From Eledone cirrhosa (taxonomy: Eukaryota): DNA of 64,000 nucleotides. The first letter of the stretch is position 1. The number at the start of each line of letters is the position of its first letter. The notes under the pieces are model-generated. The model worked only from the letters and a program-made list of their open reading frames with translations. It ran no database searches and had not been told where the DNA came from. Both the position numbers and the translations under genes were made by a program. Shown here in pieces: positions 1-15,245 of this stretch. Where the stretch lies: assembly GCA_964016885.1 (NCBI GenBank), contig OZ024741.1, forward strand, positions 324,508,001 through 324,572,000, in the 5' to 3' direction.

Positions 1-254
1 TAAATAAAACAAGCTCACTTTTTACACCGATGATATTCTATGTATCAAATGATATTTTGAATTATCAAATAAGTATCTTGCTCGGCGGTTCATCTTGCCC
101 CCGGCAATGCAAATTACAAATTTACGATCGTGACCCGAAACCCTAAACATTAAACCTCTCGCCTTCGTGGGTAGTAAAGGGAAACAAAAAAAATAAAGAA
201 AAGAGATAGAAAAAGAAAACAAAAACAAACGAAAGCCTGAGTGAAAGAGGAAAT

Positions 255-660
255 ATGAACGGTGCATGTGTGACTGTGAACGTTAGATTTGAACGGTATG
301 TGTGAGAGTGAAAGGTAGGTTTAAATGGCGTATATGAGACTGAAAGAGAGATTTGAACAATGTGTGAGAGAGATTTCTGAACGGTGTATATAAGACTGAA
401 AGAGAGATTTGAACGGTATGTGTGCGACTGAGGTGATTTGATCAGTGTGTGAGAGATTTTTGAACGGTGTATGTAAGACTCAAAGAGAGATTTGAACGGT
501 ATTTGTGAGAGTGAGGGTACTTTGATCGGTGTGTGAGGGAGATTTCTGAACAGTATGTGAGAGTGAAAGGGAGGTTTGAAGAAATTGTGTTTTTAACTGT
601 GTGTAGTGAAAGGGAGTGTATGTGAGAGTGAGGGAGATATTTAAATGGCGTGTGTGAAAT
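255..660. repeat. Degenerate minisatellite, ~30-bp unit
   Basis: About 12 imperfect copies of ATTTGAACGGTATGTGTGAGAGTGAAAGAGAG. Confidence 0.8.
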
Positions 661-1060
661 GAAATTAATGGGGGAATATTAATTAAAAACGTTAAATCAA
701 CCATAAATAATAATCTAAACATTTTAATATCGATTCAAAGAAAATATATTAGTCATGTTTTAAAATGTAATTAAATATAAAAATATTCCAATTCTTTGCA
801 CTGGACAAAGAGATATAATTTGATTTGTGAAGTTAATTCAAAATATACATTTTAATTGTTAGGATCCATGCCCGTGGACCAATAAGTGCTGGAGACGTAT
901 TGGGCATTTTAAGACTTTCTCCAAATCTGAACCCAACCGATTTCTTGACTTGATTTCTTCCAGAGAGAGAGAGATAGAGAGAGAGAGGGAGAGAGAGAGA
1001 GAGAGGGGGGGGGGTAGAGAGATAGGGAGAGAGGGAGGGAGAGAGAGAAAGAGAGAGAGA

Positions 1061-1098
<38 letters not shown>

Positions 1099-3403
1099 AT
1101 CGATCCCAGCACTGGACTGGTAATTTGTTTATCAACATAGAAATGATGAAAAGCAAAGTTTACTTCAGCAGGGTTTGAATTCAGAGCACAGAGATGCTGA
1201 GGCGAAAACCCCTAACGATCTAACGCTTCTGTCAGTGCTTTCCCTATTATTAGTAGGAGAAAAAAACTAAACAAATGTTTTAATATATGAGAGAAGATGA
1301 CCTGCAGCAACTATTGATTATTTGCGCGTGGATTAAGATAAGTTATTTACATGCGTAGATACAAGCATTATTTTTTTTTTCAGTTTGTAAATGGTTCTAA
1401 AACGAGATAATTATATATACAGTGAAATATTCTGAATAACCTTAAACTGGTTTCCAGGATATTGTGAATGATAGTTCGAATTTGATGGAAATGATAAAGT
1501 GGCAGATTCTAGAAACGCCTGGTTTAATGTTAAGGTTAAATATAACTTACTCAAGAACTACGGGCAAAATATTTGACAGCTTAAAGTCTAAACATTAGGT
1601 GTATACAGCAGTGTTGTAACGATACAATAAGTTTGAGTAGAAATTTGTATAAATAATATTTGAAAAGTATCGAAAGTGGTGAGCTGTAGATTAGTCTTTT
1701 AAGTGCTAGTAGAAACACAACGAATGAAGACATTAGACAACGATGGTAACATGCAAAAGTTAAAAATATAAGTATCAAATGGATTTTAATTTAAAACACG
1801 TAGGTTTAAGATGATTAAATCAATGTAATATTGGTGAAAGTATACAACGAACAAGACTTCGGTTGGTTAAAAGTAATAACTCGAAGCGTTTCAAATCCAA
1901 TTTAATTCGAAGTGAAGGGTTACTTCTATTGTTGAAATATTCTGTAAAATATGTCTAGTTTGGATATTTCAATCCGTGCGTTTGTTACACATAATATTTC
2001 AAAAGAAATTAACTTATCTATATATATAAAACTGAGTTTGTCTGTCTGTCTGTCTACTAAAACGGTCGGCACACATCTCCTCCTAAACCGTACGTTCAAA
2101 TTTCGGTGAAATTGCTACACTTATAGATGAAGGTCCGGCGGAGACATCGGTCAAAATATTTTCAAATCGACCCACGCCAAGTGCAAAAATCGAATTTGTA
2201 ATTTATTGATTTTTCAGTTCAAATGTATAAATAGATATGAGAGTTGAGTTATTTCCCTTTTATGGAACGCGCAGACGATTAGACATTTCGATTATTGTCA
2301 GTATAAGTAGATGCCATTCAAATTGAATTTCAATTGTTGGTTCGATTTGTTTAGTAGCTTCATTTACACTGTACTACCTTTGTATGCTACAAAGCGTTAA
2401 AAAGTCAGCGATCTCATTACTTGGTAAGTTAAACCTTCCCTATTAAACGTTTGGATTATTTTCAGTATAAGTAAATGCCATTCAAATTGAATTTAAATTG
2501 TTGTTTGATTTTGCTATGGCGTTGGCGGTTAGGCCTTCTACTTAAATTAATTTTGCGGTCTTATAAGGCTAACTTTACTTTAATTTCCTTTTATCTTGAA
2601 GGAAATATGGACGGATTGTTTGTTTTAGGATTCATGTATATAACGGGGGGGGGGGCAAAAGTGGGTATGCCGTTAATTACTATTGACGCTTGGCCAGCAC
2701 AAAAGTTTTGCTCAAACTAAAATAGCAAATTCAAGTCAATCTGAGTAATTTAAATCCAAATAAGAAGTCAGATTATTTCCACCATGCCCCATTTTTGTGC
2801 ATTTCGACTCGGCATACAGACCGACCTAAAAACACTTACTGGCTCTTTAATCAGCTTTACCTCAGTATCCATGCAAGTGATTTTCACACTTAGACATTTT
2901 TTACTGTACCCGTAACTATTTCGCATCCATTTCTTCAGTAAAATTATAATCGGTTAAGAAATTCACTCAAAATCTGATAAAAAGTTACATAAAAAGAAAT
3001 CGAGCAATTTTTAAGCTGCCATATTTTTAATGTTCGGCTTCAAGTAACTCCTGATTACCATAACCGATTTTATTGATATATAGATGTTATGCCTTACGTG
3101 CAATTTTGATTTCTCTAAAAAGTTTAAATTTCCTTTGAATCACTGTTATCACTGAATTATAACAAAGTTAAAGAACGGCAGTGCCAACATTATTGGTTAC
3201 CCTGGATGTTCATGTAAGGATGACTTTGTAAATAATGCATCTATGACATTTTCTAGGATTTGGGGTGCATTTCTCATTAGACGAATTGATTTGCAAAATT
3301 GAATGATTCGCAAAACTTATTTTTTCGCATTGTTTTATATACATTTCGTTTCTGAATTTGTTTAGCAAGATTCTTTATCTGAAATTGTGTGTTGTAACCG
3401 ATT

Positions 3404-3805
3404 TTGTTATACTTTGGGAGGGTCATGTTGCCAATAAGAAACACACGCACCAGTTGCTTTCACTTCAATTTATTATAATAGATTTATAATAAATTTATAA
3501 ATTTATAAATTTCTGGTTGGTTGGTTGGTTCCACAACCAGATAGTTGTTTATATATTGTCATAGTTCTTTCGTCACACACTCTGTGACCTCTTCAGTAAC
3601 TAGGGATTCCTTTCTTTGTTTTTGTGCCTCTCCTTTGTTCTGTCCTACGCCAATATGTAAACAACTATCTGGTTGTGGAACCAACCAACCAACCAGAAAT
3701 TTATAAATTTATAAATTTATTATAAATTTATTATAATAAATTGAAGTGAAAGCAACTGGTGCGTGTGTTTCTTATTGGCAACATGACCCTCCCAAAGTAT
3801 AACAA
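3404..3805. repeat. Fold-back inverted repeat (155-bp arms 3404-3558 and 3651-3805, 92-bp spacer), probable solo PLE pLTR nested in the Helitron
   Basis: Arms are near-perfect reverse complements; the spacer holds an HHR motif. Confidence 0.85.
3558..3600 (-). ncRNA. Minimal type-I hammerhead ribozyme
   Basis: GTTA-CTGAAGA-G-GTCACA(GAGTG)TGTGAC-GAA-A(GAAC)T-A-TGAC. Confidence 0.65.
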
Positions 3806-3872
3806 TATTTATATACATTGTTTTTAAGATACATTTGTCAGATTTCTTTGTCATATCGTGCTCGCCACCTTG

Positions 3873-6800
3873 ATGCCTAAAAAGAAGATGCCCTTATTAC
3901 GACTGACGCGGTCTCAGATAACGAAAAGAAGGAGGCTGACTGAGGCGTCGTCGAGCATTAGACAGCCTCAAATTGTGGGGTGTTCAGTGAATGCGACAGG
4001 TCTATCTATCGATGAGTATTGCTTGCGTCGATGTGCCAGAAATTTTTCTTCCTTTGCATCTTCACATGCAACTGAGAAATATGACGAGTGTTTACTTCGA
4101 CACACCATAAATGCTTCTTCAACTGCATCCTCACATGCTGCAGCGAATAACGAGGAACGTCAAATTCGGCTTGCAAGAAATGCAAAGGCAAAAGCAGCTG
4201 CGCGAGCTGCAGAGAATGATGTTGAACGTAAATTTCGTCGGAGCAGAGACGCGGCTGCGCGAGCTGCAGAGAATGATGTTAAACGTGATCTTCGTCAGAC
4301 CAGAGACGCGGCTGCTATGGCAGCTGCGCCAGAAGCGGATACAGCAGCTATCCGAACTATTTGACTGGGGGGGGGTCAATATAAAGCCAATAAGCGGGGT
4401 ATTTCGAGGGCTGCGAAATCACAGTGGTCATTGAAGGCTTTCAATTATGTCCCGCTAATAATTATGTTACACACCCTCATATTCAAATCGGCGGCATGTC
4501 TGAAATTTGCTAGTTTTGCAAATCCAAAAAGTGGCCGACTGAACCAGCCAGAATGTGCTGCTCTAATGGTAAGGTCCACCACAGCCATTGAGGCTTCTTC
4601 TTACAGGCACCCATTCACTCTCAAGAGGTTTCCTTCAAGATATTCGACATTACAATTGTGCCTTCCAAATGACATCTTTTGGATCGAGTTATGAGTATGA
4701 AGGTGGATTTATGCCCCCTTTCAAAGTTCAAGGTCAGGTTTATCATCTTATCGGATTGCTGGAGCCTGTAGATAATAAAAAGCCCCAATTTCTTCAGGTC
4801 TACTTCATGCCCAACTGTCTTGAACAAGCTACAAGGCGAAATACATTTGCCTTCCCAAAAGAAAAAAACTCAAAACTCAATTGACTGTCCACAAGCAACA
4901 AGGAAATACTCAATTGCTTCTGACACTAGACTGGAGCTCCTTTTTCAACTTCAGGACATGCTTCATAACAGCTACGTCCATAGTTTCAAATACGCTTTAG
5001 AAACAGCTGCTGTGGATAATTACTAAGTCGCCATTGATGCTGACAAGCGGCCATCTGGAGAACATGCAGGCCGCTATAATTCACCTTCTTTCAATGAGGT
5101 TGCAATACTTCTCGCTGGTGATCAGCACAACAAACGTGACATTGTTATCAAGCATCGCGACCACAGACTTCAACGGATCAGTGAAACACACAGATCATAC
5201 GACGCACTCCAATACCCGCTGCTTTCTGTATATGGAGAGGACGGATACCATTTTGGCATTCCACAATGTAAATCTACCAAAACAGTTTCATGCAAGGACT
5301 TCTATGCATTCCGATTCATGATGCAAGATGACTGTTTTAGTCACCTCCATCGCTCTAAAGACCTTTTCAATCAGTATGCAACTGACATGTGTGCATAAAT
5401 GGAATCTGAGAGATTGTGATTTATCAAACTCAATCAAAAAAAGTTGCGTTGTGACAGTTACATACACCTTCGTGATGGAATGAACAATGATGCAGATCCT
5501 GAGAGTCTTGGAAAAGTATGCATTCTGCCATCTACCTTCACGGAAAGCCCTCGATATATGCATGAAAGGACTCAGGACGCCATGACCATTGTACGACATT
5601 ACGGCAGGCCAGACTTATATATAACTTTTACTTGTAACCCCAATTGAAGGAGATTGAGGGGGAACTCCTTCCTGGTCATAACGCTACACGCCGACATGAT
5701 CTCGCGGCTAGAGTATTCCGTCTTAAGTTACTTAAGCTTATGGATCTTATCAAATTAGGTGAGGTTTTCAGACCAGTTCAATGTGACATGTACACAATCG
5801 AATGGCAAAAAAGGGGCCTCCCCCATGCTCATATTCTTATTTGGCTAACAACAAAAGTTAGTCCAAACGACATTGACAGGATCATCTCTGCAGAATTACC
5901 CGATCCTTCCACTGACAAGCACTTGTACATGAAAGTTAGGGCACATATGGTGCACGGTCTGGCTTTAGAACTGATTTACCATGCGTTACAGGCAATAAAA
6001 GATGCACTAAAGAATGTCCCCGTCAATTTATTCGCGATACTCAGACTGGCAATGATGGCTACCCATTATATAAATGTAGGCGATGTGAAGAGGGAGGTTT
6101 ACGGCAAGGGTTAAGAATGGCGAAGTTGACAACCGATGGATCATTCCCTATTGCCCACTCCTGCTCAGTACTTTCAACGCACACATTAATGTTGAATTCT
6201 GCAGCTCCGTCAAGTGAATCAAATACATATGTAAGTATGTTAATAATGGTTCTGACGCTGCTTCGTTCGGTATACTCAACGAAAACAATAGAGACAAAGA
6301 AACGCAATTCCAAGTAGGGCGCTACATAAGTAGTAGCGAGGCCTTTTGGCGAATCTTCGGTTTTCCAATACATGATAGGCACCCTTCAATTGTAAAATTA
6401 GATGTACACCTAGAACACGGTCAACGGATGTACTATACCAACAAAAATGCCGCTGAATTGGCACAGACCCCAAGGGAGACAACTTTAACTGGATTGTTCA
6501 AACTGTGCGAATACAATGACTTCGCAAAATCATTGCTGTATCCTCAGGTGCCATCATACTACACATGGAGTAAAAAAACAAGGAGTCGCAGAAAGACTGG
6601 CCAACCAGTTATTGGAGTTCCCGGGATCAAATTCACTAATTGCTTGGGGCAAGTGTATACGATTCCTCCAAATCAACACGAGTGCTTCTATCTTCGAACG
6701 CTACTGCATGAGGTCAAAAGACCGACCAGTTTTCAGGACCTCAGAACTTACGGTAATCGTGTTTGGTCTACATAAAGAGATCCCTGTTTGGCTCGTGGAA

Positions 6801-8543
6801 TGTTTGAAGATGACTCACGATGGGATGCAACCTTGGCGGAGATCGCTTCATCACACTCAGCTGGAAGACTACGAGAGCTCTTTGCAAAGCTTCTTCACTT
6901 ATGTAACATTTGTGATCCCTACACATTATGGTTGAAGTTTCGGAACCAACTGTCTGAGGACTTCCTGCACCAGGCTCAACTACTACTTCCTGACATAGAA
7001 GTAAATTTCAGTGATGATTTATACAATAAAGGGCTTATAGACATAGAGGACAGGATTTTCCTTTTGGGTTGGAATGCCTTACCAGCATACGGTCTGCCAC
7101 AAACCCACCGCACTGATTCTAATAAAATTCCAACTCTCAACATCCAAGAAACATCTTATGATGTCGACACTCTAGCTAGATATGTTTGAAATGGAACCAA
7201 AACTACTTCCCGATCAGCAATTTGCATACAACACCATCACCGACTATGTATTTCATCGTTGGGGTGGTATCTTCTTTCTTGATGCCCCTGGAGGCACTGG
7301 AAAAACCTTTGTTACTAAACTTCTTGCCAAAGTTAGACAGAATGAAGTTATCACAATAGCCGTTGCATCATCTCGCATTGCAGCTACACTACTTCCTGGT
7401 GGCAGGACAGCACACTCTACCTTTAAGCTTCCGCTTAACTTGGTATCAGCTGAAACACCGCTCTGTGACATACCAAGGATAGTCCGAGAGCAGAACTGCT
7501 ACGACGGTACCAACTGATTGTGTGGGATAAATGCACCATGGCTCACAAAGGAGCTATTGAGGCCTTAGATAGAATACTGAAAGACATTAGATACCGCCAG
7601 GAGACCATGGGGGTGTAACTCTTTTGCTTTCAGGGGACTTTCGACAAACTCTGCCGGTTATTCCAAAGGGCACCAGAGCGGATCAAGTTCGGGCCTGCCT
7701 GAAGTCTTCTCCATTGTGGCAACAGGTAACAACACTTCGTCTGACCACTAACATGCGTGTTCAACTGCAAACTTTGCTGAAGACCTTCTCATTCTTGGCG
7801 ACGGCAAAGTACCTTCAGATGTGCATGGAGACATTGCACTCGACAATACATGCTGTCTGGTTAACACTGTCGAAGATCTCAAGGCAGCCATTTTTCCCAA
7901 CATGGCAGATAATTACCGCAATCATACATGGCTGTGTGAGAGGGCTATATTAGCCCCTACAAATGTCACTGTCTCCGCCATTAATCGCCAAATGCTTGAA
8001 AGTCTTCCTGGAAATGATAAGGGTTTTAAGTCTATTGATACCAATGTTGATCCACATGATGCGGTCAATTATGTCATTGAATACCTCAATTCATTGGATA
8101 TTCCCGGTCTACCTCAACATATTTTGTCTCTCAAGGAAGGATGTCCAGTTATACTTCTCAGGAGTATAACCCCTCCCAAGCTTTGCAATGGTACACGCCT
8201 TGTTGTCAATAGGATGTTACAGCACATTATTTATGCTACGATTATGTCGGGGTGTGGAAAAGGAGAAGATGTTTTAATACCTACGGTAACTAGTACTACA
8301 TCAGGAGTGGATGCACCCTATTCTTTTAAAAGAACCCAATTTCCCCTTCATGCTGCCTTTGCTATGTCCATCAACAAGTCCCAGGGCCAGACTATATCTG
8401 TGGCAGGACATCACCTGGGGGAGCCATGTTTTTCACATGGACAATTCTACGTTGGATGTTCTCGAGTTTGCAGCCGGAACAACCTCTTTGCTTTTGCTCC
8501 AAACGGAAAAACAAAGAATATTGTGTACCGTGAGGTTTTATAG
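3873..8543 (+). pseudogene. Helitron Rep/PIF1 helicase (RepHel) with many frameshifts and stops
   Basis: Rep motifs GRPDLYITFTCNP, EWQKRGLPHAHILIW (HUH) and KYICKY. Helicase motifs DAPGGTGKT, GDFRQTLPV, LCNGTRL, FAMSINKSQGQT and FSHGQFYVGCSRV. Confidence 0.95.
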
Positions 8544-10539
8544 GTTTTGTTTTGTTCAAAACGGCAATGTTACACCGACTGCTTTAAATATATGTCTACG
8601 AAACCTGTATTCAACATCGATGCAGTGCATTCTATTGACACCTAGGCCTCTAAGGACCAGCATTGCTCGCAAATCAAAGCGGACTATGAAATCGATGCTT
8701 TCGATTGTTAAGGACGCCCCTCCAGTCGCTGACAAGTCCGGCGTTTAATAAATAGACACACACAACTTGGGGCATACATACATAGATTGGTCCCGTCATT
8801 TCTTTCATTGTTTCAATATACATTCCGACCTAGACAACACGCAACAACAGCATTTCTGGTACGTCGAAGTAAACTGTTGTCATCATTCTCAATTGCATGT
8901 GATGATGCAATGAAAGCAACATTTCTGTTTTGTTGATTTCAGCGATTCTTTTTGGTGAATATGGCTTTTGCTGCAGCTGTCCATTTCGTATGCTGTGGCT
9001 GTCTATAATCTGCCCGTCAAACTCACCATGGGTATGTTATGAGCTCTTCATAGTTTATACTTAAACATCTACGCTATTACATTGTCAATATTTTTTATCA
9101 CAGGTGCGAACCTCTTTGATGCTGCCTGCCCTCTTTACTTCGGATAACGCATTTTTCTTTTGTTTTTCATGTCCATCCAATTTCTTTGTTTCAAAATAAC
9201 GGATAGTTTGGTTACGCTGATGTTTTTCTCTGAGACAAATGTTGCAGTGTTTACATTTTCGATTTTTGTTAATAGATTACCAGTGCAATTTTTATCCCCA
9301 GCATCCTCTTTTGTTTTAACATTCGGGTTATGGTTATGTTTTCTTAACTTCATAAGGCATACTGTTGGTTGAGGGAATATTAATCAAACGTACCACATGA
9401 AAGTCTACACTAAACCAAGAAAGGAACTTAACATTGTAACTTTAACACAGCTACTGAGCAGCCCCGAGCAACGCCGGGCTTTACTGCTAGTTTGAATATA
9501 AAAAAGAGTGTTCAGCTCCAGCAAAAGCATATGAATTTGCCAAGAAACTGCATTGAAAGTTTATGGTAATATATGATAACTCAGCTGATATTCCATCTCA
9601 GAGGTGTTCAGGAAGTTTTGTATAAAAGAATGATATATATAAAGATAGAAGCAAAGAAAGGAGCCGGTCGTCAGATTGGACCACCAAAGAAACAATGTTT
9701 CCATTGGACTTTCAATGAGTGATATTTCCTAATTGTAACGTATGGTAGAATAGGGTGGGGCTTGAATTAGGAAGGCATAGAGCTGGAGGAAATACGGAGA
9801 AATATCCTGACCAACTCTTTAACGATTCCACCAGTCCACCTGACCTGCACTGCTATTTTAACCCTAGAAAGTGAAAGGCAAAATTGATTGCGGTGGGATT
9901 TAAACTCAGAGAAGAGTGTGCTAGAACAGATACCAAAGAGTTCATACAAAAAATGATACACCAACAACATATAAAAGTTATATATAATCTCTCTTTTTTT
10001 CTCAGCTAACATCTTAACCTGACAATCTATAGAGATCTTTTTAATTTAGTTTTATTTCTAAATAATTTGTGTAATTATTTAACCATCACCACACAGTTGA
10101 CTGTTAATTCCAACCTCTGTCTTTCATATCTGTTGACCGTCCTTTGTGCTTCATTGATCTTAAGTTGCTATTTGTACAAGTTTCTTCTTCTTTCATCTTT
10201 TACAAGATAATTTGAAGAAAATACCATGTAATCTGTTTGTGCTGACCTGTGTGTTGTCTTCTAAATACTATCATTATTTTCCTTGTTCTTTTAAGAATTG
10301 TTAATTCACTTAACCTACAACTACAATATATTAATGGAACAGTTTGTATTTCTAAGCCTATCCAAGATTATAATTATCTTTTTTTTATTTTCAGATAATA
10401 ATCTATTGTAGATATTTATAAATTCCTCTCAATTCAAGGTAGGCTTATTGTCTATTTCTAAAGAGAATTTTATGGAAACTTCCTAATCCAGACCACAGAC
10501 GGTTGTTTGTCATTTGTAGCCGATAGCATGAAGTGTGAT

Positions 10540-10855
10540 GGAGCGTCATTTAGTAGTGAATGGGTTGGGTTCACAATTATTAAGTCGTGAATTCGATCCT
10601 CAGAGCGGAGAGCGCATTGCGTCATTGGACATGACACTTTAGCTCCCGTTGTTCCACTCCAATGAGCTAGAATGAGTCGTATCTGAAATTCAAAGAACCA
10701 GCATTTTCACACAAAATATTACCCTAAATCCTCCTGGAAACTACGTTAAGGGCGCACGTGTCTGTGCAATGCTCAACAAATTATACGTTGATTTCACACG
10801 CAGTCAGTTCTGTTGATCGTAAAACTGGAACACTCGTCTTCAGAGACGATGAGGC
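10540..10855 (+). mobile_element. Old tRNA-derived CORE-type SINE (related copies near 11568-11815 +, 15985-16245 -, 20800-21140 +, 54080-54290 +)
   Basis: B-box-like GAATTCGATCC followed by a CORE-like TGTGTCCTTGAGCAAGACACTT segment and a shared tail (GAGAACTACGTTAAGGG...); boundaries approximate. Confidence 0.6.
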
Positions 10856-11095
10856 CCAACACACAGAGCTTCAAGTAGAGAAAATGGTTAAATGTTCTGT
10901 AGTGTTTATCTGGTGGCAAAAAAAACAGTTGATATGGATTTTGTTATAATTTGTATTATTTATTTATCATTGCCAATTTATTAATGTCTTTTTTTCATTA
11001 TTGTAAAGCCACCATTTTACTTAATGTAAATCTCCAACTATATCTTGGTTGTTCTTCTGCCTCAGTAACTCTCTCTCTCTCTTTCTTTCTCCTTC

Positions 11096-11129
<34 letters not shown>

Positions 11130-11934
11130 TGTATGTATGTATGTATGTATGTATGTATGTATGTATGTATGTACGTATGTATCATCCCTTCCTCTCAATA
11201 TATATCTTCCGCTGTATATCTCAATTTCTGAGCTATAATCCCCAGATTACCAGGAGACCTATAGCAGCAGCAGCTACTGATAATATTATTTGTGACCTTA
11301 GTGGAAGGACACACGACCCATTATAATCAGATCGATGAGAATCTCTGGTGAGGAGCTTATAGAACCTTCTGGAAGATACTAAACAAAATCACTTTGTCAA
11401 TTTATGTTCATTTCCTTTTATGATTCCATTTTATTTTAGAGATTCTGCATGCGATTAAATCTTCAGCTTCTTTTCTCTCTCTACTAATCATTGTCTATGT
11501 ATGCGTGTACGATGTGTGTATGTGTGCGCGCGTGTGTGTATATATATGTGTGTGTGTGTGTGTGTAAAGGCCTAACGTAGTGGTTACAGGTTTTTACTCA
11601 TGATCCGTAAGTCGTGAATTCGATTGTCACTCTGAGCGGCGCCTTGTGTCCTTCACCATGACAGTTCATTTCATATTGCTACCTATGGCTCAGCTGTGAC
11701 ACTGGTGCCTAGCTCTATCGGCCTTTGCCTTCCCCTTGAATATGATCGGTGTATTGGAGAGGGGAGAATAGCATGCATGAATGACTGCTGGTCTTCCACA
11801 GAAACACCCTACCCAGTGTTTACACATACATGCACACATGTATATATATATATATATATTCTCATGCACACTTCTGCACTGTTGGTGGGACAGGTAGAAA
11901 GTGTTGTATGTAGGTCGGTATCTATAGAGCAGTT

Positions 11935-13310
11935 CCCTTAATGAAGGTCCCGAGTGCGGTAGTTGTGTATTCAGGTCCAGTTAGTTAATGAAATAAGTTG
12001 CAGCTTTCTTTGTACTTTCACTGTTTCGTTTCTTTTTATTTCTGAAAATATTTCCTGACAGATCTCTCCACGTTTTCTCTAGCACTTGCAATTGTCGGGT
12101 TTTTCATCACATCCTTTCCTCTATTCCTCTTCCTTCTCGGTAGAAGTTGTTTTGCTGTTTTCTCCTTGGTATTTATAAAGTTTGCAAAGGTCTCAGTAAA
12201 TATGCCATTGTCCATGTATAGGCCTCCAAATTTGTTTTTCACAGTCACAGTATATAGTGCTAGCATATCCCCAACGTTGAATGTCAACCATTGAAAATTT
12301 GTTCTGTATGAAAATGGCTTTGCTAGTCGTCAAATTCAATTTTTTGTTTGCTGTTACGATTCGATGATCTGAACCAACACCACTGAATGAAGTATACGAC
12401 GAACAGTCATGTACAGAGTTCTTCCAATTTCTAAGAATCATGATGTAATCAACTCGGATTTTACTTCCACTCATGTTCAGAGTTTTGTAGCTTTATTTTG
12501 AAAATGATCATTTGTTAGAAATAAGATATTTTTCCGAAATAAATTTGGTAACCAGTTTGCCATTGGAGATGCAATTAGCATATTATGAAAACTTGGCAAT
12601 ACTTTTGTCACGATGTGCGATAAGATCTTCCATAATAATCAGCATTTGGCAATTTCTCTTACCGTTGCAGCTAATTGGTCGTTATGTTTCTCGGCTTGCA
12701 CATCTCCCTCAATTTGAGAATAATACACATTAATAATCAGTGATGGGTTAGGTGGCAACTATTATTCTCTTATTTCATATATTCATTCTAAAAGCGCAAC
12801 TGCTGCTACATTGTTCACCATTATGCCGACACCTCCTGGTGTTACATTTCTGCTATTTCTCCAACCTGATGATGTCATAAATGCACTATCTCCAACTGTT
12901 GTATAGATTGTCATCTTCACCATCCTTATGTATCACTTTGTGGTGTACAGTGCCCAGTAGTGAAACGGATTGCGCCTTGAAGCAGTGCCTTAGTTCTTTA
13001 TTACTGCTTTCTGATCTCAATGTTCTTGTATCAAATCCTGTCAAATAAGTATGTATACTGCTTGCAGCTAAGCAGTCTGTTTTTGGTGCCGCTATTTCTG
13101 TCAAAGATGTCTCTCACCCTTGTGGGTTTATAGGCACTCCGCATTCCCTCACCCGCTGATCAACGGAGCCCATAGCATACATCGGAAAAGGGCCGCTCCT
13201 AGGAGTATGGAATTGGGCTCTTCATTTCAGTTTCGATTGCTATTTACTATCAGGGGTCGCTGCGGCACTTGTAGCTCATGGTATTCCACTAACGGGAACG
13301 GTTGAGGTTT
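11935..13310 (-). pseudogene. RTE-like non-LTR retrotransposon remnant, 5' part (AP endonuclease)
   Basis: RVDYIMILRNWKNSVHDC and GSDHRIVTA, the APE C-terminal SDH motif. Confidence 0.7.
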
Positions 13311-14152
13311 CCCGTTGTTGATATGTATTTATCATCCACGAAACTACTGCGTTAGTAATGTCATAGAAGAGTTTCTCGTACCTCACCACCAGGAAACTAC
13401 TGCTAGTCATGGAAATAGAAAGTTATTCTATGGAGGATAATTCTTTTAAATAACTTTTTTTAAGCTTATGTATACGTTTATATTTTTTTCTTATATACAC
13501 GCACACACACGCACACACATAAACGCACAGAAACACACACACACACACTCATAAACATAAACAATTCCACACACCCATATATACATACCCACCACTCAGT
13601 ATATACATATGTGCACATTATTATGAACACAGTATTGGATGACCCTGACTCAGTCAGTTTGAATGTGATTTGGCTGCTATTTAGCAGCCAAATCACATTC
13701 AAACTGACTGATTAAATATAAAAGAAATTCACGGATAACGGATAACGGATAATGTAATTCTGGATACAGCAACGTCAAATCGGACCAAGGAAACAATGTT
13801 TCCATTATTCTCACCAGTGCGGATATTATTTGCCGGCCGCAACCCCTGCCAGAAGGAACAGCCATTCACTGCTATAGCTAAATCACATGAACTGTATTCA
13901 GCAAGGCCATTGATCAACCATCGTTAGAATCAGAAAGACAGTTCTAACAGCTTTCATAATAGATTATACATTTTTATGTATTTAACACGACATTTGACAT
14001 TCAATAATCTGGAGGCGATTTATCGTTTGGCAATTTTCATAGTCATATAGAACATACTTATTGGGTGTAACATATGGCGTGTCGTTATTACTTCTACAAT
14101 TATCATGTGATACATTCCTTCCGGTCCGGTAAAAACACTTTCTTCTTGTGCA

Positions 14153-15245
<1,093 letters not shown>

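Larger units (their letters stand above)
2017..9490 (+). mobile_element. Helitron, full length with both termini, non-functional RepHel
   Basis: Starts A|TCTATATATATAAAACTGAG followed by (GTCT)n. Ends CTAG|T at 9490, with the hairpin CCCG-A-GC-AAC-GC-CGGG at 9463-9478. Inserted in an AT dinucleotide with no TSD. Encloses RepHel remnants. Confidence 0.93.

Noticed and set aside
255-660. Repeat-spacer appearance (CRISPR-like)
   Set aside because: Degenerate tandem minisatellite with no unique spacers and no cas genes, in a eukaryotic context
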